From an uncultured Pseudomonadota bacterium (GTDB lineage Bacteria > Myxococcota_A > Bradymonadia > Bradymonadales > GCA-2716585), in assembly GCA_937890335.1 (NCBI GenBank), contig CALBXO010000369.1, positions 1-45,039 of the forward strand: DNA of 45,039 nucleotides. Direction: 5' to 3'. The position numbers were made by a program, and so were the translations under genes. Positions within the stretch are counted from its first letter, which is position 1, and each line of letters starts with the position of its first letter. The notes beneath the pieces were generated by a model. That model made no database searches. It saw nothing but the letters and a program-made list of their open reading frames with translations, and was not told where the DNA came from. This document shows positions 37,703 through 45,039 of the stretch, one piece after another.

Positions 37703-37719
37703 TTGGCACACCCTCTGCT
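37703..37719 (+). promoter_or_regulatory. Sigma54 (-24/-12) promoter motif for the cco operon
   Basis: TTGGCACACCCTCTGCT with GG 37705-6 and GC 37717-8 exactly 10 nt apart; AAGGAG RBS and GTG start follow. Confidence 0.7.
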
Positions 37720-37752
37720 CAGGGGGCGAGCCGGAACAACGAAGGAGAGCCC

Positions 37753-39954
37753 GTGACAACTACCTCCATGCAAACCGTGCGCTACGACGACCGCATTGTC
37801 CGTTGGTTCGTCTGCGCCACCGTCCTATGGGGCATCGTCGGCATGCTCGTCGGCGTGATACTCGCGCTGCAGATGGCGTGGCCAGCTGCCAACATCGGGG
37901 AGTACCTGACCTTTGGACGGCTCAGGCCCCTGCACACAAACGCGGTGATTTTTGCGTTCGCGGGGAACGCAATCTTTGCGGCCGTGTACTATTCGACGCA
38001 GAGATTGCTCAAGACGCGCATGGCCCACGGCGCCCTGAGCTGGACCCATTTCTGGGGCTGGCAGGCCATCATCGTCTCCGCCGCCATCACGCTCCCGCTG
38101 GGCCTGACCCAGTCCAAGGAGTATGCGGAGCTCGAGTGGCCCATCGACATCGCCATCGCGGTCGTCTGGGTCGTCTTCGCGGTGAACTTCTTCTGGACCC
38201 TCAAGAAGCGGCGCGAGAAGCACATCTACGTGGCGATCTGGTTCTACATCGCCACCATCGTCACCGTCGCCATTCTCCACATCGTCAACAGCCTCGCCAT
38301 CCCCGCGGGGCTGTTCAAGAGCTACAGCGTCTTCGCCGGCTCGCACGACGCGTTGATCCAGTGGTGGTACGGGCACAACGCGGTGGCCTTCTTCCTGACC
38401 ACGCCGTTCCTCGGGCTCATGTACTACTTCCTGCCCAAGGCCGCCAACCGCCCCGTCTTCTCCTACAAACTGTCCATCGTGCACTTCTGGTCGCTGGTCT
38501 TCCTCTACATCTGGGCCGGCCCGCACCACCTGCACTACACCGCGCTGCCCGAGTGGGCCACCACGCTCGGGATGGTGTTCAGCGTCATGCTTTGGATGCC
38601 CAGTTGGGGCGGCATGATCAACGGCCTGTTCACCCTGCGCGGTGCCTGGCACAAGCTGCGCGACGACGCGGTCCTGAAGTTCTTTGTCGTGGGCATCACC
38701 TTCTACGGAATGAGCACGTTCGAGGGGCCGATGATGAGCATCAAGTCCGTCAACGCGCTGAGCCACTACACGGACTGGACCATCGCGCACGTCCACTCCG
38801 GCGCGCTCGGATGGAACGGCTTCATCGCCTTCGGCATGATCTACTGGCTCCTGCCGAAGCTCTGGAAGACGGAGATCTGGTCCAAGGGCATGGCCAATCT
38901 CCACTTCTGGATCGGGACCATCGGAATCCTGCTCTACATCGTCGCCATGTACTCCGCGGGGGTCACACAAGGCCTGATGTGGCGCGCGTTCGACGAGACC
39001 GGACGGCTCGCCTACCCGGACTTTGTCGAGACGGTCGTGCAGCTCGTTCCCATGTATTGGGTCCGCGTCCTGGGCGGCTGCCTCTACTTCATTGGGGTCC
39101 TGCTGGGCGGCGTCAACATGGTCATGACCGTGCTCAAGTCCCCCGGCAGACTGGAGGACACCGAGGTGCAGGTCCCGGCCCCCGACTGGAAGCCCGACGT
39201 TCGGATCAGCAGCAACATCGACGACACGCTCAACTCGCTGGAAGCCGCGACCAAATCCGGCCGGCACCGCCTGCTGGAGGGCTGGCCCCTGGTCTTCACC
39301 GTGCTCACGGTCGCAGGCATCTCCATCGGCTCTGTCGTGGAAATCGTCCCCATGCTGCTGGTGCGCAGCAATGTGCCGACCATCCGTTCCGTGACGCCAT
39401 ACACGGCGCTGGAGCTGGAGGGGCGCGACCTCTACATCCGCGAGGGTTGCGTCGGCTGCCACTCCCAGATGATCCGCCCGTTCCGCGACGAGATCGAGCG
39501 CTACGGCGAGTACTCCAAGCCGGGCGAGGGCGTGTACGAACACCCGTTCCTGTGGGGGTCCAAGCGCACGGGGCCGGACCTGGCGCGCCTGGGCACCAAA
39601 TACCCGCACCTCTGGCATGTGCGTCACATGGAGGACCCCCGGTCCACGACGCCGCCGTCCCTCATGCCCGCGTACCCGCACCTGCTGAGCAACACGCTGG
39701 ACCTCGGCAGCACCCAGACCAAGCTCGACCGCATGGCCATGTTGGGGGTGCCGTACAGCATCGAAGAGATCAACGACGCTGAGGCCACCGCCCGCGCGCA
39801 GGCAAACGAAATCGCCGACGAGGTGGTCGCCCAGGGCGGCCCGGACGGGTTGGCCGACAAGGAGATCGTCGCGCTGGTGGCCTACCTGCAGCGGCTCGGC
39901 ACCGACATCAAAAAACGGGAAGGCGGGGCATCCGCTGACCTCGGAGGACAGTGA
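37753..39954 (+). CDS. ccoNO: cbb3-type cytochrome c oxidase fused subunits I and II
   Basis: [24 protein letters not shown] and [10 protein letters not shown]; CcoO part [13 protein letters not shown] and [10 protein letters not shown]. Confidence 0.98.
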   Translation: MTTTSMQTVRYDDRIVRWFVCATVLWGIVGMLVGVILALQMAWPAANIGEYLTFGRLRPLHTNAVIFAFAGNAIFAAVYYSTQRLLKTRMAHGALSWTHFWGWQAIIVSAAITLPLGLTQSKEYAELEWPIDIAIAVVWVVFAVNFFWTLKKRREKHIYVAIWFYIATIVTVAILHIVNSLAIPAGLFKSYSVFAGSHDALIQWWYGHNAVAFFLTTPFLGLMYYFLPKAANRPVFSYKLSIVHFWSLVFLYIWAGPHHLHYTALPEWATTLGMVFSVMLWMPSWGGMINGLFTLRGAWHKLRDDAVLKFFVVGITFYGMSTFEGPMMSIKSVNALSHYTDWTIAHVHSGALGWNGFIAFGMIYWLLPKLWKTEIWSKGMANLHFWIGTIGILLYIVAMYSAGVTQGLMWRAFDETGRLAYPDFVETVVQLVPMYWVRVLGGCLYFIGVLLGGVNMVMTVLKSPGRLEDTEVQVPAPDWKPDVRISSNIDDTLNSLEAATKSGRHRLLEGWPLVFTVLTVAGISIGSVVEIVPMLLVRSNVPTIRSVTPYTALELEGRDLYIREGCVGCHSQMIRPFRDEIERYGEYSKPGEGVYEHPFLWGSKRTGPDLARLGTKYPHLWHVRHMEDPRSTTPPSLMPAYPHLLSNTLDLGSTQTKLDRMAMLGVPYSIEEINDAEATARAQANEIADEVVAQGGPDGLADKEIVALVAYLQRLGTDIKKREGGASADLGGQ

Positions 39955-39956
39955 TC

Positions 39957-40127
39957 ATGTTCCGTGAACTCATGCAGACAGCCGGGCTCCAGATGTGGGC
40001 CGAGATTGGACTGGTCGCATTCTGCGTCGCGTTTGGGGCTGTCGTGGCCTACGTGCTCCACATGACGCCCAAAGAGGCCAGCGACGCCGCCCGAATCCCC
40101 CTCGAGGACGAGGAGGTGACCCGGTGA
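39957..40127 (+). CDS. ccoQ: cbb3 oxidase small subunit (56 aa; not in ORF track)
   Basis: My translation MFRELMQTAGLQMWAEIGLVAFCVAFGAVVAYVLHMTPKEASDAARIPLEDEEVTR: one TM helix plus ARIPLED; GGAGG RBS; canonical position between ccoO and ccoP. Confidence 0.88.
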   Translation: MFRELMQTAGLQMWAEIGLVAFCVAFGAVVAYVLHMTPKEASDAARIPLEDEEVTR

Positions 40128-40696
40128 GCTCCGAATTTGACGACAAGATCCGCGACCACAGCTACGACGGCATCCAGGAGTACGACAACCCCATGCCGTC
40201 GTGGTGGTCCGTGGGATTCTGGGCGTCCGTCGTGTGGGCCGTCGTCTACGTCATCGCGATCTCCGTCGGCGCCATCGACACCTACGAAGTAGACCTGGCG
40301 CAGGGTCAGGCGGAGATCGAGCAACTTCGCAGAGCGCACGCAGGCAACGCGCCCAAGGTGGAGTGGACCGAGGCGAATCTCTCCACGGCGATCGCCGCGC
40401 CCGGCGTAGTTGAGGCCGGCCTTTCGCCCTACACAACCCGGTGCGCCCCCTGCCACGGCGACGCAGGTCAGGGCCTGGTAGGACCCAATCTTACCGACGA
40501 TGCGTGGCTCCATGGCGGCACCAATATGGATATCTTCCGCTCCGTCAAGGACGGCGTCCCCGCCAAGGGCATGCCCGCGTGGGGCTACATCCTGACCCAG
40601 GATGAGCTCATCGGCGTCGTCGCCTGGATCCGCGCAGCGCAGGGGACAAACCCACCGGGGGCAAAGCCCGCACAAGGCACACCCGTCACCCCATGA
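40124..40696 (+). CDS. ccoP: cbb3 oxidase subunit III, monoheme
   Basis: GAGGAGG RBS and GTG at 40124; HSYDGIQEYDNPMPSWW, CAPCH, GPNLTD and GMPAW. Confidence 0.93.
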   Translation: MSSEFDDKIRDHSYDGIQEYDNPMPSWWSVGFWASVVWAVVYVIAISVGAIDTYEVDLAQGQAEIEQLRRAHAGNAPKVEWTEANLSTAIAAPGVVEAGLSPYTTRCAPCHGDAGQGLVGPNLTDDAWLHGGTNMDIFRSVKDGVPAKGMPAWGYILTQDELIGVVAWIRAAQGTNPPGAKPAQGTPVTP

Positions 40697-42129
40697 ACCC
40701 GGACCCAAAGGTTCTGGAGAGCCCCAACGCTGTCTTGTCCACGCTGGAGAAGGACGGGCGACGGCGCTGGATGCAGCCGGTCCGGTCCGCCGGCCAGAGC
40801 TACAGGCAACGCCTCGTGGTGGGCTGGTCCCTCATCGTCCTCTTTGTGGCGCTGCCTTGGATTCCGATCGCAGGGAAGCCGGCGGTTCTACTCAATGTGG
40901 CCGCAGGCGAGTTCACGTTCTTCGGCCTCACGCTCTACCCCACAGACACCCTGCTGCTCATGCTGGGACTGCTGGCCGTCTTCGCCGGGGTGGTCTGGGC
41001 AACCACGCTGCTCGGTCGCGTCTGGTGCGGTTGGGGGTGCCCCCAGACTGTGTATATGGAGTTTGTCTTTCGCCCCATTGAGGCGCTCTTCGAGGGCAAC
41101 GCCAGCGCTCGCCGGCGCCGCGACAAGGAGGGGCTGACCTCCAACAATACCGCCCGCAAGTTCGGGAAATGGACGGCCTTCACCGTCTTCGCGGCGGCCA
41201 TCGGTCACACCTTCCTGGCCTATTTCGTGGGTTGGGAGCAGCTGCTGACCTGGCTGACCTCATCCCCCACACAGCATTGGGGCGCCTTCGTCTTGATGGG
41301 TGCCACTACGGCGGGGATGCTCTTCGACTTTGGGTGGTTCCGAGAGCAGATGTGCACCATCGTCTGCCCCTACGCTCGCCTGCAATCCGCGCTGCAGGAC
41401 CGCGACAGCCTCATCGTCTCGTACGACCCGTCGCGCGGTGAGCCCCGCGGTCGTCGGACCAGGTCATCGCCACTCCAACTCGACGACGGTGCCGCCCAGG
41501 TCACGCTCGGAGACTGCATCGACTGCGGCGCCTGCGTTCGAACCTGTCCGACCGGCATCGACATTCGCGACGGCAACCAGATGGAGTGCATCGCCTGCGT
41601 ACAATGCGCAGACGCCTGCGACGCCATCATGGACAAGGTCGGCACGCCGCGCGGGCTGGTTCGCTACACCTCCAAGAACGCGGTGGAGGGCAGGCCGGCA
41701 AAGATCGCGCGGCCACGCCTGTTCATCTACACCGGTATCTGCGCCATCCTGGCCACGGCCTTCGTCGTCGCCGTCGTCGTGCGCACACCCCTGAAGATCG
41801 GCGTGACCCGCGCCGCCGACGCCCCGTTCACCGTGTTGCACGACGGTCGTGTGGCCAACCGACTCAAATTCCGCGTCCGAAACCGCGCCGCGGGGGGCGT
41901 GTTCACCTTGCAGGTCATCGAGCCACCGGGTGCGGAGCTCAAGATCCTCGGGGACCCGGACCTGACCCTCGCCAGCGGGCAGCAGAAACGCCTGGAAGCC
42001 TGGGTCATTGTGCCGCCCGAGTCCGTGCAATCCGGCCGCGGACGCGGGGTCTTCCGCGTGGACGGGGCCGGGCTCTCCGAGTCCATCGACTACACCCTCC
42101 TCGGCCCCCAGGGAGTCCTGAAGAAATGA
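40693..42129 (+). CDS. ccoG: cbb3 accessory 4Fe-4S membrane protein
   Basis: WCGWGCPQTV, CPYARLQ, CIDCGACVRTCPTGIDIR and CIACVQCADAC. Confidence 0.96.
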   Translation: MNPDPKVLESPNAVLSTLEKDGRRRWMQPVRSAGQSYRQRLVVGWSLIVLFVALPWIPIAGKPAVLLNVAAGEFTFFGLTLYPTDTLLLMLGLLAVFAGVVWATTLLGRVWCGWGCPQTVYMEFVFRPIEALFEGNASARRRRDKEGLTSNNTARKFGKWTAFTVFAAAIGHTFLAYFVGWEQLLTWLTSSPTQHWGAFVLMGATTAGMLFDFGWFREQMCTIVCPYARLQSALQDRDSLIVSYDPSRGEPRGRRTRSSPLQLDDGAAQVTLGDCIDCGACVRTCPTGIDIRDGNQMECIACVQCADACDAIMDKVGTPRGLVRYTSKNAVEGRPAKIARPRLFIYTGICAILATAFVVAVVVRTPLKIGVTRAADAPFTVLHDGRVANRLKFRVRNRAAGGVFTLQVIEPPGAELKILGDPDLTLASGQQKRLEAWVIVPPESVQSGRGRGVFRVDGAGLSESIDYTLLGPQGVLKK

Positions 42130-42623
42130 CACGAGACCAGCCCCAGGACGGCTCCGTACGCCGCAATTGGCACTTCCCGGCCATCGTGATTGGCCTGCTG
42201 CTCTTCTCCGTGGGCTCGCAGGTCTACCTGGTCACGTCGTCGCGCAGCGATGGCGGCGCGCAGGTAGAAACCAACTACTACACACGGGCCGCAAACTGGG
42301 ACCAGTCGCAGGAGCGGGCCGCCGTCAGCGACGCGCTCGGTTGGACCCTCGACCTGCGCACGACCGTAGGCGGAAACGTGGAGATCATCATCACGGACAG
42401 TCACGGGGACCCCGTGCAAGGACTCGCCGGTGAGGTCGCGGTTCGGAGGCCATCCGTGGCAGGACAGGTCGGCCGAGCCGACCTGGTGGCCACCGGCCCC
42501 GGCAGATACCGTGCGACCCTGCCGGTGCAGCGCGCCGGCCTCTGGGACTTCACCGTCCGCGCAGCCCGCAGTGACGATGCGCCGCGCTTTGAGCGTACGG
42601 TCAGGCTCGACGTGCGCGGATGA
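42126..42623 (+). CDS. ccoH: FixH/CcoH family protein
   Basis: ATGA overlap at 42126; TM helix, VETNYY, LGW and GRYRA..GLWDF; position between ccoG and ccoI. Confidence 0.85.
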   Translation: MTRDQPQDGSVRRNWHFPAIVIGLLLFSVGSQVYLVTSSRSDGGAQVETNYYTRAANWDQSQERAAVSDALGWTLDLRTTVGGNVEIIITDSHGDPVQGLAGEVAVRRPSVAGQVGRADLVATGPGRYRATLPVQRAGLWDFTVRAARSDDAPRFERTVRLDVRG

Positions 42624-45039
42624 CGCCGTGCCTCCACTGCGGCGCAGAATGTGGAGCGCGCAGCGCCGAGCCGGCGTTCTGCTGCATCGGTTGCCACACG
42701 GTCTACTACGCCTTGGAGGGCGGAGGGCTCGACGCATTCTACCGGGTCCGCGAGATCGACCACCGCGCCCCACGCCCCGCCGCGCTCGGTGACGCGTCGG
42801 CTCTGCAGGACCCGACTGTCATGGCGCGCTCCGCGAGGGCGGTCGACGGGACATCACTCCACGAGATCGACCTGCACCTGGATGGCGCCCATTGCGCGGC
42901 CTGCGTCTGGCTCGTCGAGCAGCTCCCAGCGCAGGTGCCCGGCGTCGCCAACGCGCGCCTGGATCTGTCCCGGGCGAGGCTGCGCATCCGCTGGGATACC
43001 GACGCTGTCTCACTCCACACGATCGGGACCTGGCTGGCCCGCTTTGGCTACGTGCCACGACCGGCGGCAGAACCCGGCGCGAGTCACACCGCCGAGCGCC
43101 GACTCCTCGTCCGAATGGGCGTCAGTTGGGCGCTGGCCGGCAACGTGATGCTTCTGGCAGCGGCCCTGTATGCCGGGTTGGGCATCGAGAGCCACCCCGG
43201 CCTCGCCTCCGCTGCGCGTTGGTTGAGCCTTGGACTGACTCTGCTCACAGTCAGCTACGGTGGCCGCGAATTTTTTGCGCGGGCGTTCGCCGCCGCGCGC
43301 GGCGCCGGCCGTTCGATGCGCGGCCTGGGAATGGACCTGCCCATCGCGATTGGAATCACAGTGGGATTGGGCCATAGCGCATGGGCCACGGTCACTGGGC
43401 AGGGTGAAGTCTGGTTCGACAGCATCGCCGTCCTCATCGCGGCGCTGCTGACTGCCCGCTGGCTGCAGATGCGGGGCCAACGCGTGGCGCGGGAAGCCAC
43501 CGAGCGCCTGGTGCGGCTGTTGCCTCAAACGGCCCGACGGGTCCGCGAGGGCCACGTGGAACAGGTCCCCACCGCGTACCTGAGCCGAGGGGACGTCGTC
43601 CAGGTGCGACCGGGTGAAGTCATCCCGGCCGACGGCGTCCTGGTGGCCGGAACCTCCACCCTCCACCGGGGAATCCTGACCGGGGAGAGCGCTCCGGAGC
43701 CCACAGGTCCCGGCGACGAAGTCCATGCCGGAATCACCAACCTGACCGGCTCAATCCAGATCCGGGTTCGTGCCGCAGCCGGCGATACGCGCGTCGGGCG
43801 CCTGTTGGCGCTGGTGGAGGGCCAGTCCGCCCGCCGGGCTCCCATCGCCCAATTGGCCGACAGGCTCGGCAGCTACTTCGTCCTCGGCGTCCTTGGCGCT
43901 GCCGCCGTCACGGCTGCACTCTGGCTGGTTCTTGAACCTGCCTCGGCGGTGGTTCATGTCGTCGCCCTGCTCGTCGTGAGCTGCCCGTGCGCGCTCGGAA
44001 TGGCGACGCCACTCGGCCTCGCCGTGGCCGTGGGCCGCGGTGCGCGCCGGGGCGTCTTCATCAAGCATGACGACGTGCTGGAGAAGGCCGCGCGGGTGAC
44101 GCACGTCGTCCTGGACAAGACTGGAACCCTGACCCACGGGGCGCTGCGCGTGCGCCGAACCTGGGGCGACGTAGCACCCGCCGAGAACCTGGTCTCAGCA
44201 AGCACGCACCCGGTCTCGCGCGCAATTGCCGCCACCCTGCGCGGCCCGCGGCAGATGGCAACCGGCGTGGAGGAGATCGCCGGCTGCGGCCTCCACGCAG
44301 GCCGGGTTCGGGTCGGCAGGCCCGGTTGGTGCGGCGCCTCTCCCGAAGACAGCGCGCTGCCGGCCGCACTCGACGAAGCGCTGGCCCACGGATTCACACC
44401 CGTGGCCGTCAGCTACGACGGCGTCTGGACCGGCCTGTTCGGCTTGCAGGACGAGCTGCGCCCGGACGCCCAACGTCTGATCGACGCATTGTTTGCGTGG
44501 GGAATCACGCCGGTCCTGCTCTCTGGCGACCACCCCGACGTCGTGCGCGAAGCAGCCGCCCAGCTCGGGATCAAGACCGCGCACGGGGCGATGTCCCCCG
44601 AGGGCAAGCGAGAGTTCGTCGACGCGCTGCGCATGTCGGGAGCCGTGGTCATGATGGTTGGCGACGGCGTCAACGACGCCTCCGCCATCCAAGGGGCAGA
44701 CATTGGCGTCGCGGTTCACGGTGGCGCGGACATCAGCGTGGTCGCCGCCGATGTCTTCACGACACGGCCCGGGTTGGGACCGGTGGTCGAAGTGATCGGC
44801 GGTGCTCGCGAGGTAATGCAGACGATTCACCGCAACCTGGCCCTGTCCCTGCTCTACAACCTCACCGCCGTCTCACTGGCCGCTGCGGGGTTGGTAGGGC
44901 CGCTGCTCGCCGCCGTGGCCATGCCCATCAGCTCGCTGATCGTCGTTGGCTCGTCGTTGGCACAGCGGCAGTGGCAACACCTGGGAGGGCCCCCCGGGTT
45001 CCGGCGCCAACGAGGGCAGGCAATGGCCGCCCCTCAGAA
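42620..45039 (+). CDS. ccoI: Cu-transporting P1B ATPase, 3'-truncated by the window edge (not in ORF track)
   Basis: ATG at 42620; same frame carries CLHCG..FCCIGC, HCAAC, TGES, SCPCALG, DKTGTLT, GDGVND and YN..MPISS; no stop seen before the window end. Confidence 0.95.
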   Translation, partial: MTPCLHCGAECGARSAEPAFCCIGCHTVYYALEGGGLDAFYRVREIDHRAPRPAALGDASALQDPTVMARSARAVDGTSLHEIDLHLDGAHCAACVWLVEQLPAQVPGVANARLDLSRARLRIRWDTDAVSLHTIGTWLARFGYVPRPAAEPGASHTAERRLLVRMGVSWALAGNVMLLAAALYAGLGIESHPGLASAARWLSLGLTLLTVSYGGREFFARAFAAARGAGRSMRGLGMDLPIAIGITVGLGHSAWATVTGQGEVWFDSIAVLIAALLTARWLQMRGQRVAREATERLVRLLPQTARRVREGHVEQVPTAYLSRGDVVQVRPGEVIPADGVLVAGTSTLHRGILTGESAPEPTGPGDEVHAGITNLTGSIQIRVRAAAGDTRVGRLLALVEGQSARRAPIAQLADRLGSYFVLGVLGAAAVTAALWLVLEPASAVVHVVALLVVSCPCALGMATPLGLAVAVGRGARRGVFIKHDDVLEKAARVTHVVLDKTGTLTHGALRVRRTWGDVAPAENLVSASTHPVSRAIAATLRGPRQMATGVEEIAGCGLHAGRVRVGRPGWCGASPEDSALPAALDEALAHGFTPVAVSYDGVWTGLFGLQDELRPDAQRLIDALFAWGITPVLLSGDHPDVVREAAAQLGIKTAHGAMSPEGKREFVDALRMSGAVVMMVGDGVNDASAIQGADIGVAVHGGADISVVAADVFTTRPGLGPVVEVIGGAREVMQTIHRNLALSLLYNLTAVSLAAAGLVGPLLAAVAMPISSLIVVGSSLAQRQWQHLGGPPGFRRQRGQAMAAPQ

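Noticed and set aside
37753-39954. ccoN-ccoO fusion as a novelty
   Set aside because: Fused ccoNO is already known in several lineages, including myxobacteria and Bacteroidota.

Overview
High-GC, gene-dense window that looks like a myxobacterial/Bradymonadia-type genome (MYXO-CTERM protein, NNGA-repeat lipoprotein, Ser/Thr kinases with PEGA or FGE domains, fused ccoNO). This lineage call is inferred from gene content only. I call 34 CDS and see no rRNA, tRNA, CRISPR, transposase or integrase. The left part (1-22.7 kb) holds lipid/redox enzymes, secreted and surface proteins, and several proteins that have lost their catalytic residues. The centre (22.8-30.2 kb) holds the most interesting locus: a ~2,014-aa DUF4157 protein with five diverged DxxGD beta-repeats, a hydrophobic segment and two tandem C-terminal candidate toxin domains (ParB-like, then APH/kinase-like). 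It is followed by two tightly coupled candidate immunity genes (Zn-ribbon protein, degenerate FGE-fold protein). The right part holds LMW-PTP, ttcA, a P450/TetR pair, a USP, an AlkP-family membrane protein and a cbb3 oxidase operon (ccoNO-Q-P-G-H-I) behind a sigma54-type motif; ccoQ and ccoI are missing from the supplied ORF track. Other highlights are a temptin-like CxxCH domain at the tip of a 1,277-aa MYXO-CTERM surface protein and a 161-nt intergenic rod-like hairpin. All family calls come from motifs recognised by eye; no database search was run.
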